Shown here piece after piece: positions 37,440 to 49,958 of a DNA stretch of 64,000 nt (positions within the stretch are counted from its first letter, which is position 1; every line of letters starts with the position of its first letter). The notes below the pieces were generated by a model. It was not told the DNA's origin. It saw only the letters and a program-made list of their open reading frames with translations, and made no database searches. The stretch is from Podarcis erhardii. Lineage: Eukaryota. A program made the translations under genes and the position numbers. The stretch lies in NCBI GenBank assembly GCA_964252035.1, contig OZ176201.1; one strand, given 5' to 3'.

Positions 37440-37593
37440 CTTGGCAGCCTGAGAGAATCTGTCCTGCTCAGGCCGGGAGTGCAGTTCATAAGTCACCATG
37501 TTTCCTGGGCCAGCCGCAGTTTTTGCTGGGCTCTTCCCACTTGCAGGGGACACCTTAGTACTCTTGGCTGTTTCCAGTTGAATGAGCAAACGC
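37440..37593 (-). CDS. DCTN2: DCTN2 exon ([10 protein letters not shown]...[19 protein letters not shown])
   Basis: [12 protein letters not shown] signature; 154 nt; phase 2 to 0. Confidence 0.96.
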
Positions 37594-39137
37594 CTGACAA
37601 GTTGAAGAGGCCACAAATGTTTAGAGGGCACATGGTTAGGTCCTCACTGACTACACTGGCTAGAACAGCTACCGCCTGCTGCAATGGATTTTGGATCAGA
37701 GATTGGAATAATGAAGGGCATGAGCAAAGTTAGAAGGGATGGGGACACTTTTCTCCTCTGTATGCTTGCAGCCAATGTCAGCTGGGAAATGGTTCATGTT
37801 TAGAAATTTACTTTGAACACGGTATACAGCAACTGGGCAACTAATCAAATCTAAAATGGTTGTTTTCAACTTTTTCAGATGACCATCCCTAGAAAGCACA
37901 TATATTTCTGCACGTAGTTCTTCAGGCATGCTAAAATTATTATGTTAACCATTTTCCCTGCTTATATTTTCTTCTTAAAATCTAAAGAATGGAAAGGGAA
38001 AGGTATGCTATTGTGCTGCCATGTATTTAAATATTTACAAGTATTCCAATAAAAATAATTTCCAGGTAAATCTTTGAAAATAGCATTTAAACCACACTAA
38101 GTGCACTTTATTGATTTCCTTCCCTGCGGGAAATTTATACAGACTGCAAAACTAACAAGACTAAAAAAGATGTTTTACTAAAAGAAAAGTCAAAAAAGCA
38201 CACTGCATCTGATCCCCATCAATTTAGAACCAGTGGGAAATTCTCCAGACAATTTCCCCCAGTTCACACCCAAAAAATCACAACTCTCCTTGATGGTCTG
38301 CATTATGCAAGTTTATCTATGGGTATAATCTACTCCCTTAAAGCAAGGATGGGTTGCCTTGTGGTTGCTGTGGGACTCCAGCAGCCCCAGTCAGCCTGCT
38401 CAATGGTTAGGAGATGATGGGCCAACTCAACTCTCCACCCTTGACTTAAGGGGATGAGCTGATGGCTCCATGGCCCCATCCAGTCCTATGATCCCATCAC
38501 AATCTCAGCACTCCTACAAAATGCAGACAATGTGCTCCACAGAGAGATGTACAACTGATCTCAAGCTTGCCCTGAAGTTGACACTCTTGGCCTTGCATGG
38601 CCTACTCTGAGGTGCAGAGCAGTGTTAAAAACTGAGATATGAAAGCTAGGAGCTAAATGGCCCCTTAAACTTAGGTTATGGGCACAGCAACGGAATGTCT
38701 AGGTATGCTTTTTTATAAGAATACAAAGCTGAAAATGAGTGAACTGCAGCTAAAACATTATGTCCACTTTTCACATGGTCCCCTGCCCACCCCTGTAATA
38801 TTCTTAAGAGTGGGTCTCTTCTCCAGTCAGAGAGTAGCTGGAAGTGGGGAGGCAGAAAATATCCCCCTTTCCTTCCACTCTGCAGTTTTAATATGAAATC
38901 TTAGGCGCAGTACTGTGCCCAGAGCTCAGACACTGCTCACACTAATTAAATTCCCTGTTGCAAAATGTGCCTAAGAACAATGTGAATTTCGAACACTGGT
39001 GCAGAGGGCCTGACCGCAGTAGTCAAGGGTGAAGGGCAGGTTCAGATGGACTCTTATGAAGACATGTTTTTCCAGGGCTAAGCAGCTTGTGGGACTAAGC
39101 CCTGGGGAACTGCAGTGCTGACTCCACCGTGACTTAC

Positions 39138-39701
<564 letters not shown>

Positions 39702-40503
39702 TCAGGTCAATAGCAACACCAGAATTTGGGGGGGTAGCACAAGTCCATCTCACCCCATCTCCTGTTGCAAGGCTGGCTCTAGGAAGGGCCATTCTCAATT
39801 CTTTCTGTGAGAGAGTTCATATATATATATAGTCTAGATCAGCAATGAGAAGTCTTTTTCAACCTGAGGGTCACTTCCCAGAGGTGACATGTTAGTGGTT
39901 GATGGGGCCAGAGGCAGAACTGAGCAGGGCAATTAATGGGAAGTTCAAGAATGCCATGAATTCCTGCTCCTGTGGAGTCCATGCCACGGGCTGGTCATCC
40001 ATGGCAATGGCTGACCTGAGGAAGGCTGGTGGATGGGAGGTCTTGCCTCCTAGCAGATTTGGACTACAAGTCCATCCTGGCCCTGGGCCCTTAGGAAAAT
40101 AGGTAGTGGATATAGAGGAAGTTGAAGCCCTATTTAAGGCTCAGTCTGGGCTTGCTGCTTGTTGAAGCAACATCCAAACCTGCCATGTGTAACTTCCATC
40201 CCAGGCTCCAGTTGGGGCTACTGAGAGTTCTCCCTGCCTTGCTTGTTGGTGAACCTTGACCTTGCTTATATGAACTGACCCCGCTATCTGAACTTGCCTT
40301 GCTGGATCCTGGGCCTTGGCTAGATTTGACTCTTCTTCTTGGATTCTGAACTAATACTGGTGCCACGTGACCTCCTGCCCTGACTGTGTGCCTAGAACAC
40401 GCCTCTACTTAAGGCTACAATCTCATTCTCCAGCTGAGATGCAGCTTGGTACAGAGCAAAGGTTTTCCTTTTGGTCTACAGTTCATCTGAGTTAGTTACT
40501 TAC

Positions 40504-40565
40504 CATTTCATAGTCTCCAGACTCATAGCCAGTTCTCTTGGTTTTGCTAATACGATCAGAGAAAT
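40504..40565 (-). CDS. DCTN2: DCTN2 exon (DFSDRISKTKRTGYESGDYEM)
   Basis: Translated by hand; DFSDRI...TGYESG signature; 62 nt. Confidence 0.96.
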
Positions 40566-41092
40566 CTAGAAATCAAAAGGGGGAAAGGGGGGGAAATCTT
40601 TCTGTACTTTTAGACTGAACAGCTTCAAGTTTCATGTTTTCCATTAAAATTAAGTTACAGGATTCACAATTGGAGCTAGTAGTTCTTTGATCAGCAGCTC
40701 ATATTTGTAGAACGGCCTTTTGACTTTTCTACCAACTTCTCACAGACTTCATACCAGGGCCAAGGCAGGCGTGGCTGCACAACTGTGCCTTCAAGTTTTA
40801 GGAAGACTATAAGAAGCTTTGTTATACCAAGCTAGGCCTGTACTATATTGTCTATACTGTTTGGTAGTGGCTCTCTGGGTTTTCAGACATGGCACATCAC
40901 CAGCCTTACCCAGAGATGTCAGGAATTGAATCTGGGACCTTCTGCATGGAAAGCAAGGGCCTGGCTACTGAGCTTGATCCATCATCTGTAAGGACCAGTG
41001 TTCAAAACTGCAAAAGAAACCCTGTTGCTTCCTCTGGTTCAAAACAAACCTGAAGATCTCCATTCAAGGGCAGGCTAACATCTTGTACGTCC

Positions 41093-41093
<1 letters not shown>

Positions 41094-41136
<43 letters not shown>
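41094..41136. repeat. (CA)n microsatellite
   Basis: Seen directly. Confidence 0.95.
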
Positions 41137-41137
<1 letters not shown>

Positions 41138-41281
41138 CCACTGAAAAATAGTCATGCATGTATTGTGCTGCATCTCACACCTGCAGGCAATGAGACAAAT
41201 GACTGGCAGACATAAGCTAAACTAGGAATAAGTTATTTGAAATGTTCAGTATGTATATAACGTTATTATTGTAAATTATTA

Positions 41282-41545
<264 letters not shown>

Positions 41546-41839
41546 TCAGAGCATCCAGCCTTATTTTTCTCCACCTCCCCAAACCACCTTCCCAACCTCA
41601 ACCAACAGATTCCAAGCAATCTTCACAAGGGCCAAGCAGAACAGAGGAGATGCTCTGTTAGCAAACCTGACACTCTTGGTAGTCCCAGCAGGCATAATGT
41701 TGAAGCACTACTGCAGTGCTTAGTCCACAGAAACCACTAATGGTGCTGAGAAGCAAGGAGAGCTATCCCCCCCACTGGCTGGAAAGGAATAACTTGGGTC
41801 AAACAGGAACTTCTCTCCCCTTAGGTCAGATTTGAACTA

Positions 41840-42081
41840 CAATGGTACCTTGGTTCTCAAATTTAATCCGTTCCAGGAGTCAGTTCGACTCCCAAAACCG
41901 TTTGAAAACCACGGTGTGGCCTCCAATTGGCTGCAGGAGCTTCCTGCACTCAAGCGGAAGCTGCGTCAGACGTTTGGCTTCCGAAAAACGTTTGCACCCC
42001 AGAACACTTACTTCCAGGTTTGCGTCATTCAGGAACTGATTTATTCGACAACTAAGCCATTTGAGAACCAAGGTACCACTG
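41840..42081. mobile_element. TcMar-Tigger-like MITE
   Basis: TIR ca(a/g)tggtaccttggttctcaaa; TA TSD. Confidence 0.85.
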
Positions 42082-42863
42082 TAGTCAGTTGGGAAAGGGT
42101 TGGTTGTTTCCCCCTATAGCACACGGCAGAGCTCATTTGCTCTAGTCCCCTGAAAGAAGCTGCTCTGCAATCAATTGTGGTGCACTGCTCCAGTGCGTCA
42201 GTAAGAACCTGTAAGGAATCTTGTAAGGATTTATGCAAGCAGAATTTGGTCTTTAGTGATGGGATTACATTGGCTGGCTCTCTGGGCCCTTCCAGTCCTG
42301 CAGACAGTCATGGATCTGAATAGGGATGGCCAAATGGGCAGACCAGCAAAGAGCATGAGTAACCAGTGCATCTCATATACATGTGACTGGCCACTGGGAG
42401 AACAAGATGGCGGACTAGACAGGTGTTTGGCCTGATCCAGCAGGCCTCTTATGTACAAAAAAAACCTGACCAAGAGATACTGGTTTGCATCTTCATTCAG
42501 ACGCTAAGCCCTTTCAAATATTGGCTTTGAACATGCCTTGGGCTGCAAACATGGGCTGGAACACCCTAGAGCAGTCCTCACCAACCTGGTGCCCTACAGA
42601 TGTTTGGGGTTACAACACCCATCAGTCCCAGCCAGCACAAAGGCTGCTCTAGAGAAGCCAAGAGAACTACCACTGTTTCACTTTGGCTACGTCCACACAG
42701 CTATCTAACAAAGCCTGTTTTGGCTCCTGAGTTGTTCTGAAACATGGAGCAAAGAAGATGAGTACTAGTTACAGATAGGTAGCCGTGTTGGTCTGCCATG
42801 GTCAAAACAAAATAAAAAAATTCCTTCCAGTAGCACCTTAAAGACCAACTGAGTTAGTTCTAG

Positions 42864-42901
42864 GTATGAGCTTTCGTGTGCATGCACACTTCTTCAGATA
42901 C
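42864..42901 (-). ncRNA. Minimal type I hammerhead ribozyme motif (sense to DCTN2 pre-mRNA)
   Basis: Exact reverse complement of the motif at 42927-42964. Confidence 0.75.
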
Positions 42902-42926
42902 ACACTGTGTATCTGAAGTGTGCTGT

Positions 42927-42964
42927 GTATCTGAAGAAGTGTGCATGCACACGAAAGCTCATAC
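42927..42964 (+). ncRNA. Minimal type I hammerhead ribozyme motif
   Basis: GUAU-CUGAAGA-A-GUGUGCAUGCACAC-GAAA-GC-UC-AUAC: stem I GUAU/AUAC, CUGANGA core, stem II hairpin, GAAA, palindromic AGCU stem III, UH site. Confidence 0.75.
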
Positions 42965-43999
42965 CTAGAACTAACTCAGTTGGTCTTTAAGGTGCTACTG
43001 GAAGGAATTTTTTTATTTTAAGATGAGTACTGTTTGAGGTAGGGTGGGGTGAGGCAGTCTGCAAAACAAAATGCAAAGCTGCTGGGTTCTCTCTGTAGGT
43101 GAAAGACCTGCTGGGATTGCCTGTAGAGAACTACATCTGCCTTCTTCACCCTTAATAGCCAAGGACAACATGGTATGCTAAAATCAAGTACTGGTGGGCA
43201 CCTCCCCATACGCAAAAACATCCATATAACATTAGGCCCAGGAATGCCCTGAAGGATGGAGACAAGAGTGTGTTATGAAAAGGCTGCTGTTACATGGCCA
43301 GGCAGATATTGACCTGGTAAAGTTGAGTGTTCATTTAAAACAGGAGTGGAAAGAGTTAAAAAGGGGATTATATTAATAAGACTAACAAACCATCTGGCCT
43401 TTCTGGAGGGATTATGTGACAGCCCCTACCCCTTTTTCAAAACAGTGGGGAGGGGAAATCAGCAAGGAAGGGGGTGGAATTCAGACAATATCCATTTCGT
43501 TTTCCAATAACGGGTCTCACAGCTCCCTGGGTGAAGTGGCTATCAAATGCCAGCCAAAGCAGCATTTCCATTTTCTTCCTGTGAAGGAGATGTGCGAGAG
43601 CCAATTCCAGCAATCAACATACAGGAAATCAGGAAACTGGTTCAAATAAGAATTTAATTAAAGTGCAGGGAGGAGGAGAAGGCTGGTTAATTACCCACAG
43701 AATTTCCATTACATTTAATTGCATTAGATCCCACTCCAGGTGAAAAAGTGACATGCAGGTTCCAGAGGTATGCAGGATTACAAGAGAGCAGCACTTTGCA
43801 GAACATTCACATGCTGATCTAGGCTGCTGCAAATGTAACCAACCCAGGGGTGATAAAAATACAGGTTTATTAGTCATGACAGCTTAATATTACCTCCGGT
43901 ATCAGAGAGGCTGTCTGCCTCTCAATACCAGCAGCTGAGGACCCTGAATGGGAGGGGGCTTGTGCCCTCAGGCCTAGCTTGTGGGCAGACATATACATA

Positions 44000-44750
44000 T
44001 ACATACACTGCCCTTCACCCGAGGATCACAGGGCGGTTTACAATATAAAAACACAAAATACATAGCATAACAATAAGTAAAGGTAAAGGTAAAGGTACCC
44101 CTGCCCGTACAGGCCAGTCGTGTCCGACTCTAGGGTTGTGCGCCCATCTCACTTAAGAGGCCGGGGGCCAGCACTGTCCAGAGACACTTCCGGGTCACGT
44201 GGCCAGCGTGACGAAGCTGCTCTGGCGAGCCGGCACCAGCGCAGCACACGGAAACACCGTTTACCTTCCTGCTAGTAAGCGGCCCCTATTTATCTACTTG
44301 CACTTAGGGGTGCTTTTGAACTGCTAGGTGGGCAGGAGCTGGGACCGAAAGACGGGAGCTCACCCCGCCACGGGGATTCGAACCGCCGGCCATACGATGG
44401 GCAAGTCCTAGGCACTGAGGTTTTACCCACAGCGCCACCCGCGTCCCAGCATAACAATAAACCAAACAATAATCACTCCCCTGCTCAGTTTAAAAGGCAC
44501 AAGATTGTTTAATTAGCTGAAGTCCAGGAAGAAGAGGAATGTTTGTTTCCACCTGGCAGCTAAAGATATGTAATGAAGATCCCAGGTCCCAGGGGAGAGC
44601 ATTCCACAAACAGGTAGTGATAACAGAAAAGCCCCTGTTCTCATGCTGCCACACCCTGGACTTCTTGTGGATTGGACACACAAAGAAGGGCCTCAGGTGA
44701 TGATTGCAGGGCTTGGGTCAGTCCATATGGGGAGAGACGGTCCTTTATGT
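44000..44750 (-). mobile_element. Older L2-type fragment interrupted by a SINE
   Basis: Minus ORF 44490-44681 has ...CLWNALP...; the tail continues on the other side of the SINE. Boundaries approximate. Confidence 0.55.
44077..44447 (-). mobile_element. Sauria SINE, different subfamily
   Basis: Same head, (ACCTTT)3 tail. TSD AGCATAACAATAA at 44064-44076 and 44448-44460. Confidence 0.9.
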
Positions 44751-45063
44751 ATCATAGGCCTCTGGTTAGCCCCTATGGAAAACAGGATGCTGGACTAGGT
44801 GGGCCTCTGGCTGGTCCAGCAGGGGCTCTTCTTACCTTCTTACACCTGAGATGGTTCCACTGAAAGGATTTTAAGGCTGTCTTCGTGTCCTGCCACAGCC
44901 TCTCCTAAACCAAAGGCGTTCTGCAAAGGAGCAAGCTGTACATAGCAGAAACACCAGGTGGGGCTAGGTTTACATGGTGGCTTTGCTACTTCAGAGCTTC
45001 CAATCAACATTGACAATGGCTTTCTGCAGTGCTTGCAATTCAGGCTGTGACAGAATCCTAGAG

Positions 45064-45237
45064 TTCCAGTTACAGATAGGTAGCCGTGTTGGTCTGCCAT
45101 AGTCAAAACAAAACAAATTCCTTCCAGTAGCACCTTAAAGACCAACTACGTCAGTTCTTGGTATGAGCTTTCGTGTGCATGCCAAGAACTGACTTAGTTG
45201 GTCTTTAAGGTGCTACTGGAAGGAATTTGTTTTGTTT
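45064..45237. mobile_element. Penelope-like inverted insertion, copy 2 (hammerheads lost)
   Basis: Same family as copy 1. 56-bp arms (45106-45161 and 45182-45237, 1 mismatch). TSD AGAATCCTAGAG at 45052-45063 and 45238-45249. Confidence 0.72.
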
Positions 45238-45639
45238 AGAATCCTAGAGGGTTACTTGCCAAAAGGCACAGGGCTTTTAAGGTGGAACCTGGCAGAACCA
45301 AGAGCTATCCAAACTGGAAGCAGCTTGAGTACAAAAAGACCTGAGGCCCGAGGAAAGCAGAACAGGTCAGAACTTAGCTCCCAAAAACCCAGCATCTTGT
45401 TCCAAGAGGGGACAGCAAGGGAACAAGACAGCTATGTGTACATTAGGCCGACTAGCCATTGCTCTGCTAAGGTGTGGCAAACTGCCATGAATCAATGAGG
45501 TGTCTCTCCATTGTTGTGGCTGGGTGCATGCATTAACCCAGAAACACCAAGCTGTTGTGAATCAGAGGCAGCTTTGTGCCATATCTGAGATGGGTCCTCA
45601 GCAACAACCTCCCATGCCAGCTGAGGCAATTGTTGAGGG

Positions 45640-45700
45640 TTTGGTGGTGGTGGTGATGGTGGTGGTGGTGGTGGTTGTTGTTGTTGTTGTTGTTGTTGTT
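45640..45700. repeat. Compound (GGT)n(GTT)n microsatellite
   Basis: Seen directly. Confidence 0.9.
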
Positions 45701-46708
45701 TTTACAAAAATGCTAAAATAACCGTGATTTTTTTTTTTATTGACTTGCCACCTTTTGGAAATCCACACCCCCCCCCCGATATTAATTCCGCCTTTGAAAT
45801 CCTGGTAATGTCAGCCCCACCCTAGAAAAGAAGGTCCCTTCTCACTTAAGGGAAGCACCACTCGGCATCTGAGCTAGAGAGAGCTCTGCTATTGACTACA
45901 AGTCAGCCTCTCCTATTGCTAAGTGCTAGAGAGAGGCAGGCATTCTGCCAGTGCTCTTGGAAGCAGCGTGGTGGCTGTAATGGGCTCTGATGGGAAATCT
46001 ATGGCTGCATCAAGGCCAGGCTCTTTTTGAAGAGCTATTACAAGAGCCTCACATTCCTGCTCCTTTGGTCCTCCTGCACATTAAAGACGCTGGAAGAGGC
46101 TGTTCTCAAAACAACAACGGCAAAAAATAGCTGCATCAGATTAAAGCGGCTATGAAATCGCAGCACAGGAGGCAATTGTTACAAGCAAACAAATAGATGT
46201 GCTCCACCAGGCAGGTGTTATCTCTACATGACCTTTAAAGGACACCTTGAGATCACTGCATCCCAAGACTTCTCACCAGCGCCTACAATGTTGAACACCT
46301 TCATTAAAAGCAAGGTGCAGATAAAGCCTGGGGACCTTATCAGGCCCTTTGGGACTCACACATCACCCCACCTTGCTCTGCGGAAATGAATATACTATCA
46401 TCGGTATTGACAAGTGGGAGTTTGGAAATTTCTCATCACAGGAAATTACTTTTACTTTATCTCTAAATCTTACAGAAAGCTGTTTTAAAATGGCAACTCA
46501 GTGGAAAATTCATAAACTATTAAATAATTAATGGCAAATGTTGGATATTGATGTTAGAGGTGACCTTGTCCCCTTGCCGTGATGATGTGCAAAGGCAAAC
46601 AAATACTGGAATATTGCTAATCCACAACAATGAACTGTCACCCATCTACAGACTACCTACAAATAATTTCACGGACCATCAAACAATACAATACGAACAC
46701 TCAAAATA

Positions 46709-47557
46709 CCATATTTTTCCATGTATAAGACGACCCCTATTTTGTTGAACCCAAAATTAAGAAATGAATATTTTGAACATCAAACAGAACAACTATGATA
46801 TTTTATCAAATATTGAAAGCACCGGTATATTTAGTACCGTATCTTTAAACATCAAACAGAACAACTTTCTTTTCATTTAGAATGCCCGGGAGTGCTCTTG
46901 TTCTGCCTAAACTGGCTTGCCGCAACGGTCCGCATTGGTTGGCCGAAGTGGTAAGTGAAATGAATGGCAGTTCCGGCAGCTTCTTCACAGCACCTGGGGC
47001 GGATTTCTTTAATTTGGCAAAACGTCCAGGTTTTTTTTGTACTGAGTGGTTGCATTCCCTTTGAATGGAAACTGGGAGTGGTGTGTGCTGGGTGGTAGGA
47101 GCCCACAGGTGAGAGCCAAAGTGTGTGTTTCTGTGTGCAAGTGTGTGTGCAAGTTAGGAAGGGAGGCTGGAGGAACTGGGAGCAGCAGCAGTGGCAATGG
47201 CAACATGTCAAGCTCATGATGCCCGGCAGCTGTCCTGCTCTGCTGCCACCACCAAGGAAGCACCAGATGAGAGATGAGGAGCTGCTGGCTGCCTCTCCAG
47301 CCCTCTTGGCTCTGGTCAGCTGCTCCACTTGCAACCTCCCAGGCATGTACGTGGCGGGTGCCGTTCCCGGGCCTTGGCCGAGGAGGGAGCAGCTGCAAGG
47401 CCTGCTCAGCCCCCTTTCGATTGGGTGGGTGTTTGGTGCATAGTCTGGAGTGCCTTTTCCGAGCTATGCTGTGCCTTTGCCCTTTTGGTGGTTGTTTGTA
47501 AACCTCCCACTGCAAAAGTGACCCTCCTCATCTTCCCTTGCAGGCTTTAGATCTGTA

Positions 47558-47597
<40 letters not shown>

Positions 47598-47744
47598 CCC
47601 GAAATAATATCTTGAAATATCCCTAGGCTTCCTACACTACTGGTAAGTAGTGTTTTTCTTAAACATCCATGTATGAGATGATCCCCAATTTTTTACTAAT
47701 TTTTTAAAGTGAAAAACATCTGTCTTATACATCGAAAAATATGG
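46709..47744. mobile_element. TcMar-Tc2-like non-autonomous transposon
   Basis: TIRs ccatatttttc...gtataagac / gtcttatac...gaaaaatatgg; TA TSD. Confidence 0.7.
47559..47592. repeat. (GT)n microsatellite
   Basis: Seen directly. Confidence 0.95.
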
Positions 47745-47864
47745 TAATTTATTGGTAGCAGTGAGCCGGACATCTACTAACTATTAGAAATCAATGTACA
47801 GAAACTATAAAGGAAGTGGGTAATGAAAATCTGGAAGACAATTTAGTAACAGTAGTAGTATCTA

Positions 47865-48584
47865 CCGTATTTTTCCGTGTATAAGACACCCCCATGTATA
47901 AGACGACCCCTATTTATTTGAACCCCAAATTTAAAAAACAATCAATCCCTAAAACAGAAGTGAAAATCTGGATGACCGGCGCCGGCAAGTTGCTGATCTT
48001 TTTGGGGGCAATCGCCCTCATAATTTCCAGCATGAGGTGCATGCAGTACACCGTGGTGCAGGAGCAAAGGCAGCGGTTGGGGCACCGCAATGTCCCCCTT
48101 GGTGGCAGCTGCTGCTGCGGGGAAGCGAGGGGAAGGAGGCTCCTAAACAAGATACCAAGGAAGAGCCAGAGGAAGGCAGCACCCACTCTGTGCCATGCTG
48201 TCGAGCAAACTGAGCTGAGGAAGGTGGTGAGCGGGCTGGGGGCAGGGTGGGAGTTTGAGAGAGGAAGAGGGGGAAAAGGAAAGAAGGGCAAAGAGAGGGA
48301 GCTGAGGCAGCTCTCAGCGGTGGCAGCTGCTCTTGATCTGGTGGTCAAGCCAGCAGGGGCTTCAGGAGGCGAGCCAGTCGCCAGCATGCAGTCCAGAGGG
48401 GGAGGAGAAAGGGGGGTGGCAGCAGGAGAGACCGCCTCAGTCCCCCCAAGCCAAAATCCCGGACATATGCTTAAATATTTAAAGAAATCCCCCCAGGTGC
48501 CCATGTTCCGTGTACAAGATGACCCCCAATTTGTTACTATTTTTTTTTAGCAAGAAACCTCGTCTTATACACGGAAAAATATGG
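47865..48584. mobile_element. TcMar-Tc2-like non-autonomous transposon
   Basis: TIR ccgtatttttccgtgtataagac / gtcttatacacggaaaaatatgg; TA TSD. Confidence 0.8.
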
Positions 48585-49718
48585 TAAAAGGTCACCAGTT
48601 AAGTTATGGGCTGCGAATGAGCTATGCACACCAGTGATTTGCTACATAAATGCGAGAGCAGGTGTAGCTGACATGGTGCTCTCTAGTACAGCACATGGCC
48701 ATTACAACAACTGGGAGGAAAATCACTCTCAGCAATTTACAAGTGTTTCGTCAGGAAAAATAGTTTGGGAACCACTAGCCCTAGGTTACTGCCCAGAATC
48801 TAAGCTATGTGCTTCTGAATGCAATGCTCAGGAGCTTGGTGGCAGAAATGTATGTGTTCCTTGGAAGAAAAGCCATTACGGCAAGAGTGTCCTCATGGGA
48901 GAAAGCTTGAAAGGCACTGCTCCATGGTATCACAGCTCCTCCCCTTGTTTTCAACAGGTCTTCTCTTTTACCAGTTCCTCTTTTTAGAACATAAAACTAA
49001 GCCTCAAGGCAACTCACACTTAGCCATGGTTTTATAAGAGGAGGTAGGGAATTATTTCAACTGCAGGTAGCAGCAGCATTTCACAGCAGGCCCTGCAAAC
49101 TGCTGGATTTTAACAGCAGTTGTTAATATTTGAAAAATCTCCTCACCCCTGATAAGGACTTAAAGCACTATTTAGAAAACCCAGTCCATCTTAGGGGTCC
49201 TGGACTGTACAAGCTTTGATGCACTAAAGTAACGTGTCAAGCGGCAATTACAAGCAAATCCCAAAATGCCTTGGCATGGATTCCACCTAGAGGTCACAGG
49301 CCGTATCTGAGCTAAGCAGCCATAATGGCTTTAAGATTAACACAAGAGTCTGGAGGAATCAGCTGCATGTTGATATTTAAATGTACGCACTGAGTCCTCT
49401 TAGCAACTATATAGTAATTTCATGCTACTGGCACATGTGCTGTTTTTGTTTTAAAAGATCAGGATGCTGTTCTTAGAGAATGGCACACAGAGGTACTGCT
49501 CCTTTGGTCCCAGAGGAGAGAATCTCACTTCACCCATGATGTTCTTAAGGGTGCCCCCAAACACCTTCAAATGTGACGTGTGGATAAAGTGTTGGGAAAG
49601 CCTTCTCTGAATTTTAGCAAATGCTGCCTACCCGATCACTACAGCATATTTCTTTTTAAGGCAAGTATAAGTTCTGTTTCAATAGCAGTCACTGAATTCT
49701 GCACGAAAGGCCCTATTA

Positions 49719-49958
49719 CCGTATTTTTCGCTCTGTAAGACACACCCGACCATAAGACGCACCTAGTTTTTAGAGGAGGAAAACAAGAAACAAGAAAGCA
49801 ACGCAAAGCCTCTTGAGTGAAGAGGGAGGAGCGCTCCCACTGCGCTCAAGAGGCTTCAGCGATAGCTGCACAGCCTGCATTTGCTCCCTAAGACGAACAC
49901 GCATTTCCCCTTACTTTTTAGGAGGGGAAAAGTGCATCTTATAGAGCGAAAAATACGG
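49719..49958. mobile_element. TcMar-Tc2-like MITE
   Basis: TIR ccgtatttttcgctct / agagcgaaaaatacgg; TA TSD. Confidence 0.85.

Larger units (their letters stand above)
42767..43019. mobile_element. Penelope-like (PLE) inverted pseudo-LTR insertion, copy 1
   Basis: Perfect 96-bp inverted arms (42809-42904 and 42924-43019). TSD AAGATGAGTACT at 42755-42766 and 43020-43031. Resembles reptile PLE terminal repeats (from memory). Confidence 0.75.

Noticed and set aside
47894-48550. Overlapping 218-aa and 196-aa ORFs
   Set aside because: They lie inside a TIR-bounded non-autonomous transposon, are low complexity, and show no DDE transposase motifs.
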